A DNA stretch of 27,673 bases from a virus (lineage: Duplodnaviria > Heunggongvirae > Uroviricota > Caudoviricetes). The DNA lies in the IMG/VR virus record IMGVR_UViG_2713896729_000005. One strand, written 5' to 3'. The notes beneath the pieces were generated by a model that was given only the letters and a program-made list of their open reading frames with translations, did no database searches and had not been told where the DNA came from. Shown here piece after piece: positions 8,039 through 16,330 of this stretch. Each line of letters begins with the position of its first letter. Positions within the stretch are counted from its first letter, which is position 1. Both the position numbers and the translations under genes were made by a program.

Positions 8039-8728
8039 TTAACCATGCTTCCTGTACGTCTGCGGCATGCTTCCAATGACCTTACCGAATATGAACACCC
8101 GGTTCATCTCGTCTTTCTCGATCGGGTCCCACGGCGAGTAGCTCTTGTTATCAGAGATAACCAGCAGCTTATCCTTCATCATTTGAAGACGTTTTACATG
8201 GGCAGTGTCGTCGTACAGAAACGCATAGATGCCATCACCGTCGAAAGATTTAACAGTGATATCAACGAACAGCAGGTCACCTGGTTCGATCGTCCCTGAC
8301 ATGCTGTCACCTCGCACGTTAATGATGCGGATATTTTCCGCCTTCCTGCCATCGAACATGTGACGAGCATCGTCAAACGAGTACTCAACCGAGCGTAGAA
8401 CTTCTACAAACTCACGGTTGATTACACCTGGCCCGGCACTGACTTCTATATCAAGAACGTCAATTTTGAAGTATTTGGAATGGCTGACAGTTGATTGTAT
8501 TGGTTGCACTGTACTGTCTGACATATTTCCAACGCCAGAAGATAACCATTCTGCGCGCACACCCAAAGCGTTCGCGATCTCCACGATTTTAGTTGTTTGG
8601 TTAGCTTTCCCTGTTTCGATTTTCTGAATAGCAGCCTGGCTAACCCCGACCAAATCCCCAAGCGCCTTTTGTGTAAGGCCTCGCGCTAATCTGGCTTCTT
8701 TAAGTCTTTCTGAGAGTGTTGTTTTCAT
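8039..8728 (-). CDS. CI-type prophage repressor (N-terminal XRE-family HTH, C-terminal S24 LexA-like autopeptidase domain)
   Basis: 229-aa ORF; HTH segment LTQKALGDLVGVSQAAIQKIETGK; S24 catalytic motifs GDSM and downstream Lys (HVKRL); divergent from cro. Confidence 0.85.
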   Translation of the reverse strand: MKTTLSERLKEARLARGLTQKALGDLVGVSQAAIQKIETGKANQTTKIVEIANALGVRAEWLSSGVGNMSDSTVQPIQSTVSHSKYFKIDVLDIEVSAGPGVINREFVEVLRSVEYSFDDARHMFDGRKAENIRIINVRGDSMSGTIEPGDLLFVDITVKSFDGDGIYAFLYDDTAHVKRLQMMKDKLLVISDNKSYSPWDPIEKDEMNRVFIFGKVIGSMPQTYRKHG

Positions 8729-8832
8729 AGATCAAATGTACAACCAAGGTTTTATTTCATCAAACGAAAATGGTTGTTGACTAAAAACAACCATAGTTTT
8801 AATCTTTATTCGGATTAACCACGGAGGTTGTT
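8729..8832. promoter_or_regulatory. Rightward operator/promoter region (OR-like) between repressor and cro
   Basis: Divergent intergenic region with repeated sites ACAACCAAGGTTTT, AAAATGGTTGTT, AAAACAACCATAGTTTT (8784-8800). Confidence 0.55.
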
Positions 8833-9063
8833 ATGAACCCAGCAATCAAAACAGCGATCAATATCGTTGGTTCACAAAAGAAACTAGGCGATGCCTGCGA
8901 AGTTTCACAGCAGGCCGTCTATAAGTGGCTTCACAACAAAGCAAAGGTATCCCCTGAACATGTCGGCAGCATTGTTACGGCTACTGGTGGAGTTGTGAAG
9001 GCATACCAGATTCGCCCGGATCTTCCGAAGTTGTTTCCACACACCGAAAAGAACGCAGCTTAA
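8833..9063 (+). CDS. Cro-like HTH regulator (YdaS/DicC-like)
   Basis: 76-aa ORF with strong RBS (GGAGG); position and size typical of cro; sequence pattern resembles YdaS-family proteins. Confidence 0.7.
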   Translation: MNPAIKTAINIVGSQKKLGDACEVSQQAVYKWLHNKAKVSPEHVGSIVTATGGVVKAYQIRPDLPKLFPHTEKNAA

Positions 9064-9132
9064 ATTTCCATTTCACGCTCTTTAACAATAAGCAATCAAC
9101 TTAACAGTCAATTCAAACTAAAGGAGTCAATT

Positions 9133-9672
9133 ATGCAACCACTTACATACCAACAGACTAGCGGATTTATTCCGACTGCGGTGATAAATCGTTCTCAAAC
9201 AAAACAAGCTCCAGGCCACGAAAAAATCCGTGATGCCGTCCGCGCCTGGTCGGCTGTAGATAATCAGGATGTCGTTGCCGCACTCATTGTGAATGAGTAT
9301 CGGGAGCAGGGCGACGGCACCATCGATTTCCCTGATGATGTCAGCCGTGCACGCCAGAAGCTGTTCCGCTTCCTCGATAACAAATTCGATTCTGAAAAAT
9401 ACCGAAATAACGTGCGTGAACTGACCCCGGCAATTCTGGCGGTACTACCGCTGGAATATCGCGGTTACCTGGTTGAGCAGGATAGCTTCATGACTCGGTT
9501 GGCTGAAATGGAAAAGGAACTCAGTGAGGCAAAACAGGCTGTCATTCTCAACGCACCACGCCACCAGAAACTGAAGGAAATGAGTGAAGGTATTGTGTCG
9601 ATGTTTCGTGTGGACCCGGATCTGGCTGGTCCATTAATGGCGATGGTGACCACCATGCTGGGGGCAATATGA
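9133..9672 (+). CDS. YdaT-like protein (CII-position regulator)
   Basis: 179-aa ORF with AAGGAG RBS, immediately after cro and before the O gene; shares a HE.IR.A..AW region with the second YdaT-like protein in this window (20318..20743). Confidence 0.55.
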   Translation: MQPLTYQQTSGFIPTAVINRSQTKQAPGHEKIRDAVRAWSAVDNQDVVAALIVNEYREQGDGTIDFPDDVSRARQKLFRFLDNKFDSEKYRNNVRELTPAILAVLPLEYRGYLVEQDSFMTRLAEMEKELSEAKQAVILNAPRHQKLKEMSEGIVSMFRVDPDLAGPLMAMVTTMLGAI

Positions 9673-9758
9673 CAGGTTCAGAAATGGCGAAAGTCGGTCT
9701 GCGGGAACAGAACCGACTTTCAGGTGCAAATCGTAACACACTCATTGCGGGAGGAATT

Positions 9759-10688
9759 ATGGCAAACACTGCTGAGATATTCAATTTTCCAGTGCCGGAT
9801 GCGGCACAAAAGGAGCCGCGCGTGGCAGATCTCGATGATGGTTATACGCGCATTGCAAATGAGTTGCTGGAAGCTGTGATGCTGGCCGGATTAACACAGC
9901 ACCAGCTTCTGGTCTTCCTGGCTGTCATGCGCAAAACATATGGCTTTAATAAAAAACTGGATTGGGTGAGCAACGAGCAACTTTCCGAGTTGACCGGGAT
10001 ATTGCCGCACAAGTGTTCTGCTGCAAAAAGTGTTCTGGTAAAGCGTGGGATTTTTATTCAGAGCGGGCGGAATATCGGCATTAATAATGTGGTCAGTGAA
10101 TGGTCAACATTACCCGAATCAGGTAAGAAAAATAAAGTTTACCTGAAAGAGGTAAATTTACCTGAATCAGGTAAGAAAAGTTTACCCAAATCAGGTAAAG
10201 GCACTTACCCGAATCAGGTAAACACAAAATACAAACTAACAAAAGACAATATAAAACCTTTTTCGTCCGAGAATTCTGGCGAATCCTCTGACCAACCAGA
10301 AAACGATCTTCCTGTGGAGAAACCAGATGCTGCAATTCAGAGCGGCAGCAGGTGGGGGACAGCAGAAGACCTGACCGCCGCAGAGTGGATGTTTGACATG
10401 GTGAAGACCATCGCGCCATCAGCCAGAAAACCGAATTTTGCAGGGTGGGCTAACGATATCCGCCTGATGCGTGAACGTGACGGCCGTAACCACCGCGACA
10501 TGTGCGTGCTGTTCCGCTGGGCATGCCAGGACAACTTCTGGTCCGGTAACGTGCTAAGTCCGGCCAAACTCCGCGACAAGTGGACCCAACTCGAAATCAA
10601 CCGTAACAAGCAACAGGCTGGCGTGATAGCCGGAAAATCAAAACTCGACCTGACAAACACTGACTGGATTTACGGGGTGGATTTATGA
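9759..10688 (+). CDS. O: Replication initiator O (lambda O-like; iteron-binding N-domain, P-interacting C-domain)
   Basis: Translation from ATG 9759 (GGAGG RBS) shows ADLDDGY, LAVMRKTYGFNK and the lambda O C-terminal segment ...WACQDNFWSGNVLSPAKLRDKWTQLEINRNKQQAGV...DLTNTDWIYGVDL; the ORF track extends 30 codons upstream (9669). Confidence 0.85.
   Translation: MANTAEIFNFPVPDAAQKEPRVADLDDGYTRIANELLEAVMLAGLTQHQLLVFLAVMRKTYGFNKKLDWVSNEQLSELTGILPHKCSAAKSVLVKRGIFIQSGRNIGINNVVSEWSTLPESGKKNKVYLKEVNLPESGKKSLPKSGKGTYPNQVNTKYKLTKDNIKPFSSENSGESSDQPENDLPVEKPDAAIQSGSRWGTAEDLTAAEWMFDMVKTIAPSARKPNFAGWANDIRLMRERDGRNHRDMCVLFRWACQDNFWSGNVLSPAKLRDKWTQLEINRNKQQAGVIAGKSKLDLTNTDWIYGVDL
10110..10262. repeat. ori: Phage replication origin: five iterons of about 19 bp (TTACC[CT]NAATCAGGTAA) followed by an AT-rich segment, inside the O gene
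   Basis: Direct repeats at 10110-10126, 10138-10156, 10157-10175, 10181-10199, 10204-10222, each an inverted repeat; AT-rich stretch 10223-10262. Confidence 0.8.
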
Positions 10689-11386
10689 AAAACATCGCCG
10701 CACAGATGGTTAACTTTGACCGTGAGCAGATGCGCCGGATCGCCAACAACATGCCGGAACAGTACGACGAAAAGCCGCAGGTACAACAGGTAGCGCAGAT
10801 CATCAATGGTGTGTTCAGCCAGTTACTGGCAACTTTCCCGGCGAGCCTGGCTAACCGGGACCAGAACGAACTGAACGAAATCCGCCGCCAGTGGGTTCTG
10901 GCTTTCCGGGAAAACGGGATCACCACGATGGAACAGGTTAACGCAGGAATGCGCGTAGCCCGTCGGCAGAATCGACCATTCCTGCCATCACCCGGGCAGT
11001 TTGTTGCCTGGTGCCGGGAAGAAGCATCCGTTACCGCCGGGCTGCCAAACGCCAGCGAGCTGGTTGATATGGTTTACGAGTATTGCCGGAAACGTGGCCT
11101 GTATCCAGATGCAGAGTCTTATCCGTGGAAATCAAACGCGCACTACTGGCTGGTTACCAACCTGTATCAGAACATGCGGGCCAATGCGCTGACTGATGCG
11201 GAATTACGGCGCAAGGCTGCCGATGAACTGGCCTGTATGACAGCGCGAATTAACCGTGGTGAGGCGATACCTGAACCAGTAAAACAACTTCCTGTCATGG
11301 GCGGGAGACCGCTTAATCGTGTTCAGGCTCTGGCGAAGATCGCAGAAATCAAAGCGAAGTTTGGGCTGAAAGGAGCAAGTGTATGA
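10685..11386 (+). CDS. P: Replication protein P (DnaB helicase loader)
   Basis: 233-aa translation MKNIAAQMVNFDREQMRRIANNMPEQYDEKPQVQQVAQIINGVFSQLLATFPASLANRDQNELNEIRRQW... matches lambda P. Confidence 0.95.
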   Translation: MKNIAAQMVNFDREQMRRIANNMPEQYDEKPQVQQVAQIINGVFSQLLATFPASLANRDQNELNEIRRQWVLAFRENGITTMEQVNAGMRVARRQNRPFLPSPGQFVAWCREEASVTAGLPNASELVDMVYEYCRKRGLYPDAESYPWKSNAHYWLVTNLYQNMRANALTDAELRRKAADELACMTARINRGEAIPEPVKQLPVMGGRPLNRVQALAKIAEIKAKFGLKGASV

Positions 11387-11670
11387 CGGGCAAAGAGGCA
11401 ATTATTCATTACCTGGGGACTCATAAGAACTTCTGTGCGCAGGACGTTGCCGCGGTAACAGGCGCAACCGTAACCAGCATAAATCAGGCTGCGGCTAAAA
11501 TGGCGCGGTCAGGAATCCTGGTCGTTGATGGTAAGGTCTGGCGAACGGTGTATTACCGGTTCGCTACCAGAGAAGAACGGGAAGGAAAGGTGAGCACGAA
11601 TCTGATTTTTAAGGAGTGTCGTCAAAGTGCCGCGATGAAGCGGGTGTTGGCTTTATATGGAAGAGAGTAG
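11383..11670 (+). CDS. ren: Ren (Rex exclusion escape protein)
   Basis: 95-aa translation MTGKEAIIHYLGTHKNFCAQDVAAVTGATVTSINQAAAKMARSGILVVDGKVWRTVYYRFATREEREGK... closely matches lambda Ren. Confidence 0.9.
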   Translation: MTGKEAIIHYLGTHKNFCAQDVAAVTGATVTSINQAAAKMARSGILVVDGKVWRTVYYRFATREEREGKVSTNLIFKECRQSAAMKRVLALYGRE

Positions 11671-11734
11671 GTATGAGCAATTATTGTTACTAATTTTAGT
11701 TTTACGACATTCGTGATAACTAAATAATTGATGT

Positions 11735-11989
11735 GTGGAACTGAATTATAAAGGGGATGATGTTTTGGGAAATAAAGAAAATATCGATTGTAAGCACACA
11801 AGAAGCTCATGCTATAAAAACAAGCAGATGAAAGATGTTATTTATATTACATTGCCTAAACTCACTGAAGAAGAAGTAGAAATTTTTAAGGGACCAATGC
11901 ATAAAGCATTGCTTGCAGGGATAAATGTTACAAAAAAGGCAGTTTCTGATGCCCTGCTAAACAAAGGGATAAAAGTTGAATTTAAATAG
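11735..11989 (+). CDS. Hypothetical small protein in AT-rich island; start uncertain (GTG at 11735 or ATG at 11828 giving 53 aa)
   Basis: ORF convergent with the 472-aa gene; lysine-rich; no family recognised. Confidence 0.4.
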   Translation: MELNYKGDDVLGNKENIDCKHTRSSCYKNKQMKDVIYITLPKLTEEEVEIFKGPMHKALLAGINVTKKAVSDALLNKGIKVEFK

Positions 11990-12007
11990 AGTAATTCAGT
12001 GGCAACA

Positions 12008-12031
12008 ATAGCACTCATTTGTGAGTGCTAT
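12008..12031. terminator. Hairpin between the convergent 84-aa and 472-aa ORFs (possible bidirectional terminator)
   Basis: Perfect inverted repeat ATAGCACTCA-TTTG-TGAGTGCTAT. Confidence 0.5.
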
Positions 12032-12040
12032 TGAAATTTA

Positions 12041-13459
12041 TTAGAAAATAATGTTTGCTATATCCGAGATAGCATTTAAAGAACCTCTGTGGTCACTTCC
12101 TGTTTTAGGTAAAATATAGGAATATCGAGGGTCTTCATTATATGTTAACTTCCAGTGTTTTCCATCGCTTGACGCACTGAAACCTAAGTCCTTTAAATTT
12201 CTTTGTGTTGCGCTATCCATGCTTCTGTAACCTGTTAAAGTCCTTTTAAGTAATTGGCGGCGACTCTCGGTTTCTTTATTGTATTCATTATTGGCAATTA
12301 GGGATGATAAGATATGGTAGCTTCTACCAAATTCATTTTTATTTTTTATGGCAGTTTTTAGTGCGTCAATAATTATATTTTTGATTTCTCCATCAAAAAA
12401 ATCAGTCTCTTCACCAGCATTAAGCACAATGCTTCCTTGGGCTGAAGCTTGTGATTGAAGAGTGCGTACTCTGTGCTCTAAAGAGGAGATCTTATGCTTA
12501 AGATCTTCTATTTGGTCATCTTTCGCAACATTATCGGCTTCGTAAAGCGCCATCAGTTCGCGTGTGTATTCTCCTCTTTCTTTGAGTGAGTTAATAGAGT
12601 CTTTCGTTTTTCTGGTTTGTATCTCACTCCATCCACTATCTGAGACAGGAGCCATTGTAGTCGTAGCTCTTACAACATCATCAAATAACTCATCTTCAAA
12701 TTCTTTTGCGGTTTTCTCACCACGGCGATAAAAACTGATATTTTGACCCCGTGGCCAATAGATACCAACAGCACCAGCATAGGCATTTTTAGCATTTGTC
12801 TCATTTTTTAGCTTAATAGAAAATAGTCTATTGCTAGGCTCAATTAATACATGTGCTAATCCGCATACCTTTCTTGCAAGGCGTTCTGGGATGATATTGT
12901 GAGCATGTTCATTAAAAAAATACTTGGAGCTAACGTATATTATTGGTAGTCTGTTGTCAGTTTCACCATTTATAACTTTAGCTGCTATATTTAAATGTTC
13001 ATCAGTATCATCTAAGGAATGAGGTTCGACTGACACCTTGAAAATATCATCAAGACCACCAGAAAATTTATCAATCAATCTCATAACAACTAATGGTTTC
13101 TTAGGTTGCGGGGCTAGATAAGCTGCATCTTGGCTTACAACGCTAGATTCCACCTGAATCCACATGGTATCAGTTTTGAGATTTTTATTAATTGAAATAT
13201 CTGTTACCCATTTGTGTGGCTCAGATATTTTCGAATACCTAAAACAGCCTAAACTAGTATCTTTGTTTTTATAAGTTATTATATCAATTCTTTCATTTTT
13301 AGACTCTATGAAGTACTCCTCGCTTTTATAATCACATACTAATTGTGCTGGAATAAAAGTTGTATGTGGTGAGTCGTTTACCCAAGAAAAACATTCATTA
13401 AAGATCTCAGCTAGAGATGTGGAGTTTGAAACATAAAAACCAGTTGAGAAATATTTCAT
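12041..13459 (-). CDS. Hypothetical 472-aa protein of unrecognised family; accessory gene inserted between ren and ninB
   Basis: Long uninterrupted ORF in a visibly AT-rich segment; RBS (AAGGA) 8 nt before ATG; central coiled-coil-like segment (...DQIEDLKHKISSLEHRVRTLQSQASAQ...); no Walker A, HNH or other motif I recognise. Confidence 0.8.
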   Translation of the reverse strand: MKYFSTGFYVSNSTSLAEIFNECFSWVNDSPHTTFIPAQLVCDYKSEEYFIESKNERIDIITYKNKDTSLGCFRYSKISEPHKWVTDISINKNLKTDTMWIQVESSVVSQDAAYLAPQPKKPLVVMRLIDKFSGGLDDIFKVSVEPHSLDDTDEHLNIAAKVINGETDNRLPIIYVSSKYFFNEHAHNIIPERLARKVCGLAHVLIEPSNRLFSIKLKNETNAKNAYAGAVGIYWPRGQNISFYRRGEKTAKEFEDELFDDVVRATTTMAPVSDSGWSEIQTRKTKDSINSLKERGEYTRELMALYEADNVAKDDQIEDLKHKISSLEHRVRTLQSQASAQGSIVLNAGEETDFFDGEIKNIIIDALKTAIKNKNEFGRSYHILSSLIANNEYNKETESRRQLLKRTLTGYRSMDSATQRNLKDLGFSASSDGKHWKLTYNEDPRYSYILPKTGSDHRGSLNAISDIANIIF

Positions 13460-13477
13460 GAAATTTCCTTATTAAAA

Positions 13478-13493
13478 ATGAGATTAATCTCAT
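13478..13493. promoter_or_regulatory. Perfect 16-bp palindrome ATGAGATTAATCTCAT just upstream of the 472-aa gene RBS
   Basis: Seen in sequence, about 19 bp upstream of the start codon; candidate operator. Confidence 0.35.
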
Positions 13494-13734
13494 TGGCTAT
13501 GATAATTGTTACCCTCCTTTGGATCTAGTGTTCATTTGACATAAGAACCTATTGATTCATCATAATCAACTCGCCATAATCATGTCATCGGAGCCTGAAC
13601 AACTCCGGTGACTTCTGCGCTTTGAGGGGACTCAAAGTGCAAACGACAATCAGAACACCTTTCAACCAGTCACAGATGCAGAAATGCACCTGCGATATCT
13701 TGCATCCAACGTTTGACCTCTGCGGAGGTGAAGC

Positions 13735-14190
13735 GTGAACCTCCCACAAGATGGTATCAAATTGCATCGCGGTAACTTCACCGCTATCGGTCGGCAGATC
13801 CAGCCTTATCTGGAGGACGGCAAATGCTTTCGCATGGTGCTTAAACCGTGGCGCGAGAGACGCAGTCTTTCCCAGAATGCACTCAGCCACATGTGGTACA
13901 GCGAAATCAGTGAATACCTCATCAGCAAGGGTAAAACGTTCGCCACTCCAGCTTGGGTAAAAGATGCTCTCAAACACACATATCTCGGTTATGAAACCAA
14001 AGACCTGGTTGATGTCGTAACCGGTGATATCACCACTATCCAGTCGTTACGCCATACCTCCGATCTTGATACCGGAGAGATGTATGTCTTCCTGTGTAAG
14101 GTTGAAGCCTGGGCGGTGAATATTGGCTGCCACCTGACTATTCCGCAGAGCTGCGAGTTCCAGCTGCTCCGCGACAAGCAGGAGGCGTAA
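13735..14190 (+). CDS. ninB: NinB-family protein (Orf recombination mediator)
   Basis: 151-aa ORF (GTG start in track) with RSLSQN motif aligning to the RSLDQN motif of lambda NinB; first gene of the nin module after ren. Confidence 0.65.
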   Translation: MNLPQDGIKLHRGNFTAIGRQIQPYLEDGKCFRMVLKPWRERRSLSQNALSHMWYSEISEYLISKGKTFATPAWVKDALKHTYLGYETKDLVDVVTGDITTIQSLRHTSDLDTGEMYVFLCKVEAWAVNIGCHLTIPQSCEFQLLRDKQEA

Positions 14191-14360
14191 TGGCTACACC
14201 GCTTATTCGTGTCATGAACGGACACATCTACAGAGTACCAGATCGTCGTAAGCGTAAACCGGAGCTGAAGCCTTCCGAAATACCAACACTGCTCGGATAT
14301 ACCGCCAGCCTGGTTGATAAAAAATGGTTGCGACTGGCAGCAAGGAGGAATCATGGCTGA
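14190..14360 (+). CDS. ninE: NinE-like small protein
   Basis: 56-aa ORF (below the ORF-track cutoff) [56 protein letters not shown]; start overlaps ninB stop (TAATG), stop overlaps next start (ATGGCTGA). Confidence 0.7.
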   Translation: MATPLIRVMNGHIYRVPDRRKRKPELKPSEIPTLLGYTASLVDKKWLRLAARRNHG

Positions 14361-14643
14361 TTTGAGAAAAGCAGCGCGTAGTCGGGAATGCCAGGTAAGA
14401 ATCCCTGGCGTATGTAATGGCAACCCTGAAACGTCTGTACTGGCACATATCCGGCTGACTGGATTGTGCGGCACCGGTACCAAACCGCCAGACCTGATTG
14501 CCACCATTGCATGTTCTGCCTGCCACGACGAAATCGACCGCCGCACACATTTTGTCGATGCTGCATATGCAAAAGAATGCGCGCTGGAAGGTATGGCGAG
14601 AACACAGGTTATCTGGCTGAAAGAGGGGGTTATTAAGGCGTGA
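14353..14643 (+). CDS. ybcO: YbcO-like cysteine-rich putative nuclease (DLP12 nin module)
   Basis: About 96-aa product from ATG 14353 ([34 protein letters not shown]...CSACHDEID...); ORF track shows a longer upstream extension that I consider less likely. Confidence 0.65.
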   Translation: MADLRKAARSRECQVRIPGVCNGNPETSVLAHIRLTGLCGTGTKPPDLIATIACSACHDEIDRRTHFVDAAYAKECALEGMARTQVIWLKEGVIKA

Positions 14644-15002
14644 ATACCTACAGCATCACATTACCCTGGCCTCCGAGCAATAATCGCTATTACCGCCATA
14701 ATCGCGGGCGCACGCACGTCAGCGCAGAGGGGCAGGCATACCGCGATAACGTCGCCCGAATCATTAAAAACGCAATGCTGGATATCGGCCTGGCTATGCC
14801 TGTGAAAATCCGCATTGAGTGCCACATGCCGGATCGCCGTCGCCGTGACCTGGATAATCTGCAAAAAGCCGCTTTTGACGCACTCACTAAAGCAGGTTTC
14901 TGGCTGGATGATGCTCAGGTCGTTGATTACCGCGTTGTGAAGATGCCTGTTACCAAAGGTGGGAGGCTGGAACTGACCATCACCGAAATGGGGAATGAAT
15001 GA
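14640..15002 (+). CDS. rusA: RusA Holliday-junction resolvase
   Basis: 120-aa translation [120 protein letters not shown] matches remembered E. coli RusA. Confidence 0.92.
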   Translation: MNTYSITLPWPPSNNRYYRHNRGRTHVSAEGQAYRDNVARIIKNAMLDIGLAMPVKIRIECHMPDRRRRDLDNLQKAAFDALTKAGFWLDDAQVVDYRVVKMPVTKGGRLELTITEMGNE

Positions 15003-15139
15003 TGTTTGAGTTTTATATGGCAGAACGTCTTCGCCACCGCTGGGGGCGTCTGCGCTTATATCGTTTCCCCGGTTCTGTTTTGACCGATTACCGAATACTG
15101 AAGAATTACGCCAAAACCCTGACAGGAGCAGGAGTATGA
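14999..15139 (+). CDS. ylcG: YlcG-like small protein
   Basis: 46-aa [49 protein letters not shown], overlapping rusA stop; matches remembered DLP12 ylcG. Confidence 0.7.
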   Translation: MMFEFYMAERLRHRWGRLRLYRFPGSVLTDYRILKNYAKTLTGAGV

Positions 15140-15224
15140 AGTCAGAGATAACAATCAACTAATACTGTTTTGTTGATTTTTGCTTGTAATTGGCGTTCTG
15201 GTCTGATTTTTGTGGAGTAAGTTG

Positions 15225-15269
15225 ATGCGTGATATTCAGATGGTTCTTGAGCGTTGGGGAGCGTGGGCG
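15225..15269 (+). CDS. 5' fragment (15 codons) of a Q-family late antiterminator (QuuD-like), interrupted by the assembly gap
   Basis: ATG followed by MRDIQMVLERWGAWA, matching the remembered N-terminus of DLP12 QuuD; runs directly into the N-run. Confidence 0.6.
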
Positions 15270-15279
15270 NNNNNNNNNN
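15270..15279. other. Run of 10 N: assembly/scaffold gap of unknown true length
   Basis: Ten ambiguous bases; gene content and strand polarity change abruptly across it. Confidence 0.97.
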
Positions 15280-16329
15280 TTAGGCCAGCACACCAATTGC
15301 CAGCGCGTGATCGATAAATCGAAAAATCAGCTCCAGTTGGGAGCCATACTTCTCTTCAAATGCCACGGTATCCGTATGCAGTTCGTCGTGATGCTTTCTG
15401 CATAAAGGCAACACAAAAAGATCATGTGCTTTGGTTCCCATTCCGCCCTGCCCGTGACCAATCAGATGATGCGGATCGTCGGCTGGCATACCGCAGCAAG
15501 CACACGGCTGTGTCTTCACCCAGCGAGTGTATTTCTCCTTAACCCAGCGGCGACGTTTAGGTAGCTTCATGAAAGATTCCGGAGACTCAGGATCAACGGT
15601 GATGCTTACCACCGTCCTTTCCTGTAGTGGGTGTTGTTCCTGGTGGGCGTGAGGCAACAGTGCAAGATTTTTTGTGCGCTGTTTCAATATGCTGGTGGCG
15701 GTCTGCTCTCCCGGTACGATGTCGCTTTCGCGGTACATTGAGCGGATTTTTTCCGCTGGTAATCCCAGCGAGCGACGTAATACCGCTTCAGGTAGCGCAT
15801 CCGCCACCTGATTTCGGACCGCCCACCAGGATAATTCAGCCAGAGATAATTCACGCTCCTGCGTACCGCTTATTGCGTGACCGATGACGTCAATCATCCA
15901 TGCTGACAGGTTTTGATGAGCAAGTTGCTCGAGTGATTCGGATGTCTGGTCACGCAGCTGGTTGTCGCAGTGCCAGCACAACACCATTGCGCCGGTACCA
16001 TAACGGTGAATGACGGTTTCACTGTGGTGATAATCGCCGTGTGGCCACTGGCAGGATTTAATATGGCGCAACAGCCAGTCAGACAATGCACCAGCACCAC
16101 CAGCAGCACGAATCACCCGTGCGTTACTGAAAAACGGCAGCAATGTTTTGTCTTCCACCAGCGGCTGGCGAACGGCAGGAACGACCCCGGACGGCAGATT
16201 ACGCATGCTTTTCGGTTCCGGCTCCACCAGTACCCGGGTATTGTGGAATACCGGCATGGATTCACGGCCCGGCTTAACGATCACCACCCCGAGTTCCGGT
16301 ACCAGAACAGGTCGAAGTAATACCCGCAC
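15280..16329 (-). CDS. YdfU-like prophage protein with cysteine/histidine-rich C-terminal region
   Basis: 349-aa ORF; C-terminal CACCGMPADDPHHLIGHGQGGMGTKAHDLFVLPLCRKHHDELH; stop codon abuts the gap. Confidence 0.65.
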   Translation of the reverse strand: MRVLLRPVLVPELGVVIVKPGRESMPVFHNTRVLVEPEPKSMRNLPSGVVPAVRQPLVEDKTLLPFFSNARVIRAAGGAGALSDWLLRHIKSCQWPHGDYHHSETVIHRYGTGAMVLCWHCDNQLRDQTSESLEQLAHQNLSAWMIDVIGHAISGTQERELSLAELSWWAVRNQVADALPEAVLRRSLGLPAEKIRSMYRESDIVPGEQTATSILKQRTKNLALLPHAHQEQHPLQERTVVSITVDPESPESFMKLPKRRRWVKEKYTRWVKTQPCACCGMPADDPHHLIGHGQGGMGTKAHDLFVLPLCRKHHDELHTDTVAFEEKYGSQLELIFRFIDHALAIGVLA

Positions 16330-16330
16330 G

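Larger units (their letters stand above)
1331..15269. mobile_element. Mosaic lambda-like prophage, left (early) portion from attL to the start of Q; truncated by the assembly gap
   Basis: Contiguous int-xis-exo-bet-gam / repressor-cro / O-P-ren / nin gene order in canonical lambdoid orientation. Confidence 0.85.

Noticed and set aside
9669-9758. Upstream 30-codon extension of the O gene
   Set aside because: The ATG at 9759 has a strong GGAGG RBS and the remembered lambda O N-terminus aligns from there; the extension overlaps the YdaT-like gene end.
13585-13977. 130-aa minus-strand ORF overlapping the ninB start
   Set aside because: Antisense to the ninB-family gene and spans the divergent promoter region; no support.
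14661-15158. 165-aa minus-strand ORF antisense to rusA and ylcG
   Set aside because: rusA and ylcG on the plus strand are well supported; this is a shadow ORF.
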